From NCBI GenBank assembly GCA_036781185.1, contig DAIQBL010000001.1, positions 23,369 through 87,368 on the forward strand: 64,000 nt of DNA, written 5' to 3'. This document shows, piece by piece, positions 43,671 to 52,968 of the stretch. Within the stretch, counting starts at the first letter, position 1. The number at the start of each line of letters is the position of its first letter. The position numbers and the translations under genes were made by a program. This DNA is from Thermoplasmatota archaeon (GTDB lineage: Archaea > Thermoplasmatota > Thermoplasmata > Lutacidiplasmatales > UBA184). A model generated the notes under the pieces. It saw only the letters and a list, made by a program, of their open reading frames with translations, did not search any database and was not told the origin of the DNA.

Positions 43671-46267
43671 CCTCCGCCGCGTGGTTCGAGCCGCGCAGCG
43701 ACCACTGGTCGGGCCCGTTCCTCGACCGTCTTGCCTCGCTCGCCGCCGCCACTCGGTTCGGGACCGCCTGGCTGGTGGTCCGCCGGACCGGCCTCGCCGG
43801 GGCCGTGGTCCTGGGAAGCGACCCGGTGGCCCGGGACCTGATCGAGTCGGCCGCCAGCCCGTGGCCGGCTCGGGTCACCCCGGTCGGCCCGGCGGCGTTC
43901 GGGTCGCCCTCTCCGCTCGACGGCCTGGCGGCGTTGGCTCGCCCAGGATGGGGCTGGCGAACGACCGAGGCCGGCGTCCCCGCGCCGGACCGAGCAGCCC
44001 CGGACCGCGATCGCGTCCCTCCCGAACTCTCGGTTCCGCCCGGCGGGCGACAGTGCCACTGGTTCTCGACGGGCACCGGCCGGCTCGCGGTTCGTGTCCG
44101 AGTCTGGGCGCGGGCCCAACCGACCGCCGCCCCAGGGTCGCTCGCCCGGCTCGCCCTCGACGGGATCGAGACGTTCCGTCACGCGGGCGTCCCGGCCGAG
44201 CTCCGCGAGCTCCGGAACACGACCGGGCGACGGGAGGCGTGGCGGACCGGGCGGGTCGGCTCGTTCGCCTCAGGCCCGCTCGAACGCCTTCTGCCGGCCG
44301 TCGCGGCGCGGCTCGCCCTCGGCTCGTCCCCGCCGGTGCGGCTCGACGATTCGGCCGTCGGGCGCCACATCGTGGCGGTCGGCGCGTCGGGCGCCGGGAA
44401 GACGTCGTTCCTCGCCGACCTGGCCGCCGCCCGGATCGGGCGCGGCGGCGCGGTCCTCGCCATCGACCTGCACGGCGACCTCGCCCCCGCGATCGTGGCG
44501 CGACTGGCGCCGGCGATCCGGACATCGGTCGTCGCGGTCGACGCCGCCGGTCCGCTCGACCAAGTGCAGGGCGTGCGCCTCCTGGGAGGTCGGAATCAGA
44601 CGGCGGAGGATCCGGGGCCCGCGCACCTCGTGGCGGCCCTGAAGCGCCTCACCTCGGATTCCGGCGACGTCTACTGGGGGTTCCGACTGGAACGGACGCT
44701 CGAGGCGTTCGTGCGGCTCGCCCACGAGGAGGGCGGGGGACTGCTCGACGTGTACGAGCTCCTCACGGACGCCCGTCGGAGGGACGCCGCCCGTCTCACG
44801 ACGCGGGACCGAGCGCTGGCCAACTTTCTGGATGAGATCCCGACCCTGTTGCGGCGCAACCCCGAGTACCTCGCGCCCGCGACCGCGCGCGTCGCGAAGG
44901 TCGCTCTCGCGCCCCGAATCGCGCGGCTGCTCGACCCGGCCGGCCCCGGTCTGCCGGTCGAATCTCTTGTCGGGCGCGGACGGTCGATCCTCTGGCGGAT
45001 CCCGTTCGCGCAGCTCGGACCGGAGGCGGCCAGCTTCGCGGCGACGCTGCTCGTGGCCCACGCGTACTTCGGTCTCGCCGCGCTGGGCCCCGGCCGACCC
45101 GACGAGCTTCGGGTCGCGCTCATCGTCGACGAGGCCTCCGCGCTCTCCCCGCGCCTCCTCGCCGAGATCCTGTCGGAGGGCCGGAAATTCGGCGTCGGGG
45201 CGGTCGTGGCCACGCAGTATCCCGGGCGCCTCGCCCCGGAGGCCCGGGCCGCCGCGGAGGGCGCCGCGGGCACGCACGTCGTGTTCCGCGTCCCCCCGCC
45301 GGTGGCCGCGGCGACGGCGGCCTGGGCCGGCCTCGACCGGTCCGCCGAGGCCTGGCTGCCGGCCCTACCGGACGGCACGGCGGTCGCGGTCCGTTCCGGG
45401 GACTCCGGCTCCCGCGGCGCGATCCAAGTGGCGCGGGGACCGCCCGACGACCCGGCGGCCTGGGAGGAGGTGTGCGAAGCGAGCGCTCTCGCGGCGGCGG
45501 AGTCCGACGGGGAACCCGGCGACGTTCCCCGCACGGTCTCGGACGCCGTCATGTTCTCGCTCGCCGCGGGACTCGGCGACGCGGGCACCCTCGCCGCCCG
45601 GGTCGTCGGGGTTCTCGGAGAACCGGTGGAGCCGGCGGTCGTGAACGAGAGCCTCGTCCGTCTCGGGCGACGTGGCTGGGTGACGAACATCGACGGCCGG
45701 TTCGACCTCACGGACGCCGGCGCGCGGTATCTGGGGGTCGGGGCGCCCACCGGGGCGATCCGCGAAGGCGCGGAGCATCGAGCGCTCCTGTACCACGCGT
45801 TCGGGATCCTCGCCCGCCGGGGCGCCCGGCTGGAGCTGGTCCGGCAGGGGCGGTTCGACCGTCGGCTCCCGGACGCGGTCGTCCGGCTCCTCCCCCCCGG
45901 GGTCGGTCACCGAGGTCCGGCGGAGCTGGCCCGCGCGGTGGATGCGGCGCGCTCGACGTGGGCGTGGCGCTACTTTGGCGGACGAGACGTGGACGTCGAA
46001 GCCGAGGTGAGCGGGGCGCTGCGCCCCGACCGGGTCCGGCGCAATCTGGCGAAGGCATCGGACCAGGGTCATTTTGCCCTGTTCCTCGTCGCGGACCCCG
46101 CGCGGGCGCGACGGATCCGGACCGTCCTCGCCGAAGCGGCGGCGGGAATCGGGACCGCTCAGGTCTGGACGCTCGTCCGGGCCCGGGCGGCGTCGCCGTC
46201 GGCCGGCGAGGGGACGGACGGGAGCGGTGGGGCGGTCCGTGGCGGCAGCCCCCCGCCCTCACCGTAG
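43652..46267 (+). CDS. FtsK/HerA-superfamily P-loop ATPase (VirD4/TraG-coupling-protein-like or DUF87) with a C-terminal winged-helix and extra domain
   Basis: Walker A HIVAVGASGAGKTSF followed by AIDLHGD; Walker B RVALIVDEASAL; and GVGAVVATQYPGRL (TQ-P motif). GTG start at MPDGRVTSAAWFEP. No TM helix. The roughly 350-aa C-terminal extension includes MFSLAAGLGDAGTLAARVVGVLG (wHTH-like). Confidence 0.6.
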   Translation: MPDGRVTSAAWFEPRSDHWSGPFLDRLASLAAATRFGTAWLVVRRTGLAGAVVLGSDPVARDLIESAASPWPARVTPVGPAAFGSPSPLDGLAALARPGWGWRTTEAGVPAPDRAAPDRDRVPPELSVPPGGRQCHWFSTGTGRLAVRVRVWARAQPTAAPGSLARLALDGIETFRHAGVPAELRELRNTTGRREAWRTGRVGSFASGPLERLLPAVAARLALGSSPPVRLDDSAVGRHIVAVGASGAGKTSFLADLAAARIGRGGAVLAIDLHGDLAPAIVARLAPAIRTSVVAVDAAGPLDQVQGVRLLGGRNQTAEDPGPAHLVAALKRLTSDSGDVYWGFRLERTLEAFVRLAHEEGGGLLDVYELLTDARRRDAARLTTRDRALANFLDEIPTLLRRNPEYLAPATARVAKVALAPRIARLLDPAGPGLPVESLVGRGRSILWRIPFAQLGPEAASFAATLLVAHAYFGLAALGPGRPDELRVALIVDEASALSPRLLAEILSEGRKFGVGAVVATQYPGRLAPEARAAAEGAAGTHVVFRVPPPVAAATAAWAGLDRSAEAWLPALPDGTAVAVRSGDSGSRGAIQVARGPPDDPAAWEEVCEASALAAAESDGEPGDVPRTVSDAVMFSLAAGLGDAGTLAARVVGVLGEPVEPAVVNESLVRLGRRGWVTNIDGRFDLTDAGARYLGVGAPTGAIREGAEHRALLYHAFGILARRGARLELVRQGRFDRRLPDAVVRLLPPGVGHRGPAELARAVDAARSTWAWRYFGGRDVDVEAEVSGALRPDRVRRNLAKASDQGHFALFLVADPARARRIRTVLAEAAAGIGTAQVWTLVRARAASPSAGEGTDGSGGAVRGGSPPPSP

Positions 46268-46791
46268 GCGCGGTGGTGCATCTCCTCGAGGACCGCCTGG
46301 CTGAGATAGGTCAGCGCCGCGTCGTTGAGCCGGTCGAGGTGAAGGAGGAGGTAGTGCAGGTAGATCCGCTCGGGACGATGGGACGGTCCGGGCGGGCGTT
46401 CCGGATGCCCCAGGGAGGGGACAGAGTCCGAGGCGACGGTCGCCAACGTCTCGGCATGGTGCTCGGCGTTCTTGCCGTGCAGCGACCGCCCCGTCGGACC
46501 CACGAGCGGCGGGTAAACGCGCGAGATCGGGTCGTCGGGCCCGTCCGAGGCGATCGACGCCGCGCGCGCGCTCTCGGCCGCGGCGTCCGTCTCGAGCCGC
46601 CACTTCGTGTACGGGTGCGCGGGCCGGTTCGGATCCTGGAACTCGGCGATCGGTCGTCCCCCGACGTCCTCGACGATCGACTTCAGGCTCCAGCTGTCGC
46701 GACGCCGGCCGGGCCCATCCATCGAGGGAGCGGGCTCGGCGGACACGAAGTCCGCGAGCCCCGACCCCCGCTCATAAACGTGCGGTTCCAT
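46159..46791 (-). CDS. Hypothetical protein, last gene of the minus-strand T4SS-like operon
   Basis: 210 aa of normal composition. It overlaps the VirB4-like gene by 20 nt, and its 3-prime end overlaps the convergent ATPase gene. Confidence 0.45.
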   Translation of the reverse strand: MEPHVYERGSGLADFVSAEPAPSMDGPGRRRDSWSLKSIVEDVGGRPIAEFQDPNRPAHPYTKWRLETDAAAESARAASIASDGPDDPISRVYPPLVGPTGRSLHGKNAEHHAETLATVASDSVPSLGHPERPPGPSHRPERIYLHYLLLHLDRLNDAALTYLSQAVLEEMHHRAYGEGGGLPPRTAPPLPSVPSPADGDAARARTSVQT

Positions 46792-48439
46792 CGGCCCGCG
46801 CCTCGGCGTCGGTCGGGGAACGGAGCGAGCGGGCGAGGAGCTCGAACTCCGGCGTCGAGGCGACGACCGCGACCGGGAGGTGCGACGGGCCGAACCGCAG
46901 GAGTCCCTCGGAGTACCCCGCCTCCCGGGGGAGCCGGCATTGGGGAAGCCAGCCGGCCTCCGCGTCGGTGAGCGCGAAGAACCGACGGGTCGCCTCGGAG
47001 ACCTCGGCCAGGTGGAGGAGGAGCGTGGCCCGGAGATTCCGCAGGAGCGACCGCCCTCCGTCGGTCCCCAGAAAGTCGTCCGGGTTCTGGCTGAGCAACA
47101 CGACGCCGGTCCGGTAATGCCGGACGTGCCGGACGATCCGGTCGAGGAACTCGGCGGTGGCGGGGTCCCGAGCGAGGAGGTGCGCCTCGTCGATGACGAG
47201 GAGCTTCGGTCGGTCGTCGCGCCGGATCCGTCCGTACAGGGCGTCGAGGACCACCGCGAGGTGGAACGCCCGCTGACCCGCCGGGACCTCGTGCAGGTCG
47301 ACCACGAGCGAGCCGGTCGGCGGGGGCTCGACGGCCACGCGGTCGAGGTGCGCGAGCGATCCGGAGACGAAGACGTCGAGGAGCCCGGCGAGTCGCCCGG
47401 GTCGGTCCGCGGCGAGGACGATCTCCCGGAGTCGGGCGAGCGTCGGCCGCTCGACTCCCGCGTACAGCCGGGCCACCGAGGCGTCGAGAAGCGCGACCTC
47501 CTCGTCCGCGAGCGAGGGGAACGCGGCCCGCAGCGCCGTCACCACCCGGGCCGCCTTCTCCGGTAGGTCGCCGCCGGTCGTGGCGGCGTCGAGCGGGTGA
47601 AAGCGCGCCGGGGCATTTCGTCCGACGCCGACCACGGTCGCCCCGAGCGGGCCGGCGAGGCCGGCGAACTCCCCGAGCGGGTCGACGATGTACACCTCGA
47701 GGCCCGGCGTCATCCAGCGGGTCCGGAGCGCGAGCAGCGCGGCGGCGAACGACTTCCCGGACCCCGTCGCCCCGAACACCCCCCAGGAGTAGCTCGCATG
47801 CCGCCACCGGTCGAGGAACACCGGGGCCGCGTCGTCGAGGAGGAGGCCGACGAGGACCCCGTGCGGCTCGACGATGGCCTCGTCGACGAAGGGGAAGAAC
47901 GCCGCGACCGCGTCGGTCGGGAGGGTCTGCCAGTAGCCGGGCGGCCGCGGCTCGCTTCCGTCGAGCGCCGGAGCGGCGGACGCGGCGGCGGCCTCGTACG
48001 GCGCGGTCGACATCCCGAACCCGAGGGCAGCGAGACGGCGGGCCAGCTCGGCTCGCTCCCGCTCCAAGCTCGCGGGCGATGTCGCGAGGGCGTGGAACGA
48101 GAGGCCGACGCGGAACAGCTGCTGGTCGTTCGCGGCGAGCCGGCGCTCCAGGTCGTGCGCGCTCTCCGCCTCGAGCTCGAGTTCCGGCAGGTCCCGGGCG
48201 CCCCCCGATTCGATCTCTGCCTCAGCAACCACGGCCGCGCTCCGGACCATCGATAGGGCGCGGTCGCGGCCGATTCGGTGCAGCTGGAGGCGGAACTCGA
48301 ACGTTCGGCTCGTGGGGAGGACGCGGGACAGGAACCCGAACGGGACGGCCTTCGGGAGGGTCCGCGCGAGGAGGGTTCCGTCCAGCCGACCCCGTCGGAT
48401 CACGAACCGCGGGGCCTCGTGCTCCGGTCGCCCCGTCAT
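46772..48439 (-). CDS. VirB4/TrbE/CedB-like type-IV-secretion ATPase
   Basis: Walker A VFGATGSGKSF followed by YIVDPLGEF; Walker B KLLVIDEAHLL; and GVVLLSQNPDDF. This is the CagE/TrbE/VirB (AAA_10) pattern. The start is at the internal Met (MTGRPEHEAPRF). Confidence 0.75.
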   Translation of the reverse strand: MTGRPEHEAPRFVIRRGRLDGTLLARTLPKAVPFGFLSRVLPTSRTFEFRLQLHRIGRDRALSMVRSAAVVAEAEIESGGARDLPELELEAESAHDLERRLAANDQQLFRVGLSFHALATSPASLERERAELARRLAALGFGMSTAPYEAAAASAAPALDGSEPRPPGYWQTLPTDAVAAFFPFVDEAIVEPHGVLVGLLLDDAAPVFLDRWRHASYSWGVFGATGSGKSFAAALLALRTRWMTPGLEVYIVDPLGEFAGLAGPLGATVVGVGRNAPARFHPLDAATTGGDLPEKAARVVTALRAAFPSLADEEVALLDASVARLYAGVERPTLARLREIVLAADRPGRLAGLLDVFVSGSLAHLDRVAVEPPPTGSLVVDLHEVPAGQRAFHLAVVLDALYGRIRRDDRPKLLVIDEAHLLARDPATAEFLDRIVRHVRHYRTGVVLLSQNPDDFLGTDGGRSLLRNLRATLLLHLAEVSEATRRFFALTDAEAGWLPQCRLPREAGYSEGLLRFGPSHLPVAVVASTPEFELLARSLRSPTDAEARADGTARL

Positions 48440-48792
48440 CGCTCGACCTCCGGACCGGCCAGCGTGCGCTCCGTCGTAACGGCGAGCGCGGCCGTGGCGA
48501 GTCCGAGGAGGCTCCCGCGGAGTATCGCCCAGGGGGGGACGGCGAAGAGCGCGAACGCCAAGGCCCCCGATACCCCGACCACGACCCAACGGTCGCGTGC
48601 AGGGGACGTCCGAAGCCGGCGGGTCCGCACCCGGACCGCCCAGGCCAGTAGGCCGATCGCCGCGAGCGCCTCGGTCAGTCCGAGGAGGTACGGCTCGAGG
48701 AGGGAGCCGACCCCGGCCAAGGCCCCGAACGCTCCGGCGGCGCGGAGCGGGTCGATCTCGAGCGGCGCGCGGAGCAACCCGCCAATCTTCAC
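48436..48792 (-). CDS. Small membrane protein (3 TM) in T4SS-like operon (CedA2/VirB3-like position)
   Basis: A GTG start overlaps the upstream stop (GTGA). VKIGGLLRAPLEIDPLRAAGAFGALAGVGSLLEPYLLGLTEALAAIGLLAWAVRV. Confidence 0.5.
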   Translation of the reverse strand: MKIGGLLRAPLEIDPLRAAGAFGALAGVGSLLEPYLLGLTEALAAIGLLAWAVRVRTRRLRTSPARDRWVVVGVSGALAFALFAVPPWAILRGSLLGLATAALAVTTERTLAGPEVER

Positions 48793-49565
48793 GGCCGCCG
48801 CTCCGGCAGAAGCGCGAGACGGTCGAGCTCCGCCCTCAGGGCGCGGCCGGTCAATCGCTCCGCGTCGACGCCGAGGACCCTGAGCGAGGCCGACGCGGCG
48901 TTCAGCCGGACCTCCAGCCGGGCCGCGCCGGCGCGGTCGGCGGGCTCCCAGAGGACCAACGCCACGCTCCGGGTGCGCCGGCGACGGACGAGAAGCTCGA
49001 CGACGTCGCGGTAGCCGTCCTGGGCCGTGCCTTCGGCCGATCCGGCGGCGGCCGGAGCGGGTGGCCGGAGCGTCGCGGGGGAGAGCGGTTCCGAGCGGGC
49101 GACCAGGTAGACCGGCCCGTCGAGCGAGGCCAGCCACTGCCGCGTCGCCTCGAACAGGGCCCGGGCATCGGCGGGCGGCAGGTACGCGACCGGCACCCCG
49201 CCGGACCGGAGTACGGCGGCGATCCGGCCGGACCCAACCCGCATCGTCCTAAGCCGGGCCGACGCGGGGGAGGCCGACCCCGACCCGCCCCGGGTCCGGG
49301 TCCGTCGGCGCCATTGCCAGCCGAGGTAGCCGGTGACCCGCTCGTCGAGGGACCGCCCGTCGCGGCGATGGACCGCGACGAGGAATCCCAGGGCGGCGAA
49401 CGGCAGCACCGCGAGCGGTCCCGCGAGCGGGACCGCGACGAGCCCGGCGCACGCGAACCCGGCGAACTTGAGCGCGTCCCGGGCGGAGGGGAACGGTCCG
49501 AGGTGGAGCCGCCGGTCGACCGGCCTCGGGAGAGCGACTTGGCCCGGGGGTGCCTCCTCGATCAT
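48789..49565 (-). CDS. Membrane-anchored hypothetical protein in T4SS-like operon
   Basis: N-terminal two hydrophobic helices (FAGFACAGLVAVPLAGPLAVLPFAALGFLVAV), then a soluble domain. Confidence 0.5.
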   Translation of the reverse strand: MIEEAPPGQVALPRPVDRRLHLGPFPSARDALKFAGFACAGLVAVPLAGPLAVLPFAALGFLVAVHRRDGRSLDERVTGYLGWQWRRRTRTRGGSGSASPASARLRTMRVGSGRIAAVLRSGGVPVAYLPPADARALFEATRQWLASLDGPVYLVARSEPLSPATLRPPAPAAAGSAEGTAQDGYRDVVELLVRRRRTRSVALVLWEPADRAGAARLEVRLNAASASLRVLGVDAERLTGRALRAELDRLALLPERRP

Positions 49566-49569
49566 CGGG

Positions 49570-50712
49570 TCACCGTAGGTCGCGCAGCCGCTCCGGGTGG
49601 TCGCGGTCGAGACCGCCGAACCGCCGCGAGGCGGCCGCGAGTCGGGCGCCTTTCAGATGGCCGAACAGCGCCTCGGCGCCCCGCCCGATCCCTTCGGCGG
49701 CGAGGAGCGGAGCCGCGAACGGGAGCGGGGCCCGGACGGCGGCCACGACCCCTCCGGCGGCGGGGCGAACCTTGGACGTCCCCCGAGCGGCCGACGCCAG
49801 AGGGCGACCGATCGACGCGAGCCCGGCGGAGGCCGACGATAGGCCGCGCTCGACCCCACCCGTCAGCGCGCCGCCGGCCGAGGGAAAGCCGATCCGCCCG
49901 AGCTGCACCCCGGCGACGTTGAGGAGCGACGGAGCCCCGAGCGCGATCGCCAGGTAGGCGACGAGGAGGAGGGCCGAGGGCGCGCCGACGGCCAGCTCGA
50001 GCGGGATGACGACCGCGACCGGGAGGAACGCGAGCTCGCCGAACAGGAGCCACGACCGCCGGGCGAGCGGGGCGAGCGCCGGGATGGGCCAGACGAGGCT
50101 GAACGCCGGAAGGAGGACGAGCAGCACCGCCAGCATCGCATCCCGGGCGGCGACGGCGATCGCGAGCAGCAGGACGAGCGAGAACAGCGTGAACGAGAGG
50201 ACGAAGGCGAGAAGTCCGTTGTCCCACGAGAACTTCAGCCCGCCGATCCCGGTGAGGTTGGTCCAGGACTGCCACGCCCCGCCATCGAATCCGGCGACGA
50301 CCGGGTACACCGACCCGGCGACGTCGAGGATCGCGGCCGCCACCGGAACGGTGACGTTCGCCAGCACGACCGACACGACGAGCCGCGGGAGGAGAGACTC
50401 GAGGCGGGTCCGCGTGGGGGAGGTCACGGCCCGGGCCAGGTACACCGCGCCGACCGCGAGCACGACGAGGACGACCGCCGGGTCGACCACGTTCGCGACC
50501 AGGTAGTCGGAGAACTGCGCCGCGAGAGTCAGGAACGACGACGACCCGCCCGAACCCGGACCGAGCAGGGGCGGATACGCCGAAGCGGGGGCGAGCTCCG
50601 GAACGAGGAGGTCGTCGTACGTCGGGAGCGTGACCGCCCACAGGATCCCGGTCAGCGAGGCGAACAGCGCGAACAGGAGGGCCTGGACCGCGTCCGACAG
50701 CGAGGCGCCCAT
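49570..50712 (-). CDS. Polytopic membrane protein, VirB6/TrbL/CedA-like candidate
   Basis: 381 aa from the internal Met (MGASLSDAVQALLFALFASL), with about 8 TM helices and a hydrophilic C-terminus. Confidence 0.55.
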   Translation of the reverse strand: MGASLSDAVQALLFALFASLTGILWAVTLPTYDDLLVPELAPASAYPPLLGPGSGGSSSFLTLAAQFSDYLVANVVDPAVVLVVLAVGAVYLARAVTSPTRTRLESLLPRLVVSVVLANVTVPVAAAILDVAGSVYPVVAGFDGGAWQSWTNLTGIGGLKFSWDNGLLAFVLSFTLFSLVLLLAIAVAARDAMLAVLLVLLPAFSLVWPIPALAPLARRSWLLFGELAFLPVAVVIPLELAVGAPSALLLVAYLAIALGAPSLLNVAGVQLGRIGFPSAGGALTGGVERGLSSASAGLASIGRPLASAARGTSKVRPAAGGVVAAVRAPLPFAAPLLAAEGIGRGAEALFGHLKGARLAAASRRFGGLDRDHPERLRDLR

Positions 50713-50720
50713 CCGGCCCC

Positions 50721-51092
50721 CTAGGCACCGGTCAGGACCCACTGGGCGAGTCCCCAGATCAGGCCGGAGAGCGCGGCCGCGAAGATCAGGGTACCGACGA
50801 GCGCGTCCCGGGCCCGGTCCTTCGCCTGGATCTTCTTCGTCACGTCGTTCGAGAACCAGGAGAGGGCGACCCGGGCCCACACGATGGCGAGCAACCCACC
50901 ACCGGAGAGTCCGAGAAGGACCACGATCCGGTTCACCACCTCCGAGAAGTTTGCGACCGCGGAGCCGTTCGCGCCGGCCGATGTGGCCGGATGGAGCGGA
51001 GCGAGCGGCGGGACGCCGAGCGACGTCCCTCCGACGAATCCGAGGAGCACCAGCGTCAGGGCAGCGAAGGCCGCGGGGAGCGCGGCGGTCAC
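50721..51092 (-). CDS. VirB2/TrbC/TedC-like conjugative-pilin candidate (signal peptide plus two hydrophobic helices joined by a basic loop)
   Basis: MTAALPAAFAALTLVLLGFVGG (signal), helix 1 VVNRIVVLLGLSGGGLLAIVWARVALSWF, basic loop SNDVTKKIQAKDRARDA, helix 2 LVGTLIFAAALSGLIWGLAQWVL. Length 123 aa. Confidence 0.5.
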   Translation of the reverse strand: MTAALPAAFAALTLVLLGFVGGTSLGVPPLAPLHPATSAGANGSAVANFSEVVNRIVVLLGLSGGGLLAIVWARVALSWFSNDVTKKIQAKDRARDALVGTLIFAAALSGLIWGLAQWVLTGA

Positions 51093-52903
51093 GGCGCCCC
51101 CGCGCTCTCATCGGTCGAAGTCGGGACCGAGGTCGGTTCCGGCGTGGGGGGGGCTGCGACCCACCGCACCAGTTCTCGCCCGTCCCCGTCGTCCCCGATC
51201 CGCACGCGCCCGGCTCGACGCCAATAGTCGAGCGCCGAGCCCAGTTGCTCGGAGGTCATGCGACGCTCCTCGGCGAGCAGTTCCAGCGTGGCCCGGTCGA
51301 CGCCGTCCTCGGCGTCTTCGAGGAGCTCTCGGACCGTCGTCCGTCCGGGTCCTTCCGGCGCGGACGGCTTCGGGGTCCGGCGAAGCCTCCGGCCCCATCG
51401 CCGGATCGAGTACCCTCCGACGAGGGCGAAGAGGGCTCCCCCGAGCGCTCCTGCCAGGAGCCATCCGGACGCCGACGGATTTCCGGCGAGCGGCGGGGCC
51501 GGAGCGGCCCCACTCGAGGCGACGTAGAAGGTGAAGGTCACGTTCGCGGAGCGCCCGGTCGCATCCGTCACCGACCCCCGGAGCGTGACGTAGCCCGACG
51601 CCACCGGCTCGATGGTCCAGGGAACGACGCCGGACGCGGAGGTGTTGCCGGCACTCGACTCCCCATCCGATAGGGACAGTCGGTAAGCGTAGGGGGCCAG
51701 CCCCCCGGCGATCGCGGCGCGCACGGCCACTCCCGCGTCGACGCTCGGGTCGGTCGTTCCGAGGGCGACCGTCAGGTTGAGGCCGGCGGCGACGTCGACG
51801 GTCACGTTGGCCGTCACCCGGACGCCCGAGCCGTCGACGAGCGACAGGGGGAACGCGACCGGTCCGACCTCGGCAAACGTGACCGAGAGGCCGATGGGGC
51901 CGTCGTTCGGGAGCATGCCGTCCGAAGGTGATTCGGCGCTGACTCCGCCGGTCGGTTGGGCTTCCCAGGCGAAGGGGGGCGTCCCCCCGGCGACCTCGAC
52001 CGACAGCGGGGTCGGGTATCCGACCTCGGCGAACGGCACGCTCGGTCCGCTGAGCGATGGGCCGGGCGTCGCCCGCCCGACCGGCGTCAGGCCATCGAAG
52101 CTCCGATTCCAGACGTCGACGACGGAGGCGAGGACCCAGACCGGACCGGGGCTCGACGGGACGACCGCGAGCTCGTACGTCCCGTCGGACGGGACGACGG
52201 TCGTGCCGTTCGAGCGACCGTCCACGACGGACCAGTCGACGGTGAACGGGCCGGATCCGGCGGTGAGATTGGCGGAGAAGACGAACGGCACGCCGACGTC
52301 GCCCAGCCCACTCGCGCTCGCCACCTCGAGGAACGGAGCCCCGACGACGTCGATCGTCGTGGTCGCGTACGCGTACGCCCCGGCGTGGTCGCGGACCTCG
52401 AACAGGACTTCAACGGAGCGTACGGCATCGGGGGCGGTCCAGTCGAGGGACCATCCGGAGGTGACGTTCCCCGTTTCGAGGCTCCAGAACGGATCGTACG
52501 GTTCGGCACCCCCCGAGGCCGTCCCGGCCAGCCTCACGGTGACGCCGACGTCGACCCGCGACGGGGCCGAAACGATCGTCGCCACGAGCGCTCCGGTGCT
52601 GGGTCGACTCCCGATGGTCCGGCTCGGGTGCGATTCCGGGGGGGCGGCGTCGAGCGCCGAGCCGAGGGTGGGGTTCCCGGCGCGCGGCGGAGTCGTCGGG
52701 AGTCGCGACTCCGTCGCCGAGGGAACGAGAACGGGTGTCGCCGTTCGGTGGGTCGGGAGACCGACCAAGGGCGGGAGGTCGGGCCGAGTCGGTGGGATCC
52801 CCGGCACTCCGCCGGGGAGGGCGCTCAGGATCAGCAGGGCGGCGACGGGTCCAACCAGCCACGGGTCCACGGTTCGCGTCGAGGGCGTTCGCACAGCAAC
52901 CAC
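51089..52903 (-). CDS. Secreted surface protein with PKD/Ig-like repeats and a C-terminal TM anchor plus a cytoplasmic tail; first gene of the T4SS-like operon
   Basis: Signal peptide, repeated beta-rich segments with N-x-S/T sequons, a C-terminal TM (GWLLAGALGGALFALVGGYSI) and a tail containing ELLAEERRMTSEQLGSALDYWRRAGRV. Confidence 0.55.
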   Translation of the reverse strand: MVAVRTPSTRTVDPWLVGPVAALLILSALPGGVPGIPPTRPDLPPLVGLPTHRTATPVLVPSATESRLPTTPPRAGNPTLGSALDAAPPESHPSRTIGSRPSTGALVATIVSAPSRVDVGVTVRLAGTASGGAEPYDPFWSLETGNVTSGWSLDWTAPDAVRSVEVLFEVRDHAGAYAYATTTIDVVGAPFLEVASASGLGDVGVPFVFSANLTAGSGPFTVDWSVVDGRSNGTTVVPSDGTYELAVVPSSPGPVWVLASVVDVWNRSFDGLTPVGRATPGPSLSGPSVPFAEVGYPTPLSVEVAGGTPPFAWEAQPTGGVSAESPSDGMLPNDGPIGLSVTFAEVGPVAFPLSLVDGSGVRVTANVTVDVAAGLNLTVALGTTDPSVDAGVAVRAAIAGGLAPYAYRLSLSDGESSAGNTSASGVVPWTIEPVASGYVTLRGSVTDATGRSANVTFTFYVASSGAAPAPPLAGNPSASGWLLAGALGGALFALVGGYSIRRWGRRLRRTPKPSAPEGPGRTTVRELLEDAEDGVDRATLELLAEERRMTSEQLGSALDYWRRAGRVRIGDDGDGRELVRWVAAPPTPEPTSVPTSTDESAGAP

Positions 52904-52968
52904 CGTCGGACGGAGCGGGAGCCCAAGTACATGGGCCGGCCCCGCCGGCCGAACGATGAACGGAGGAC

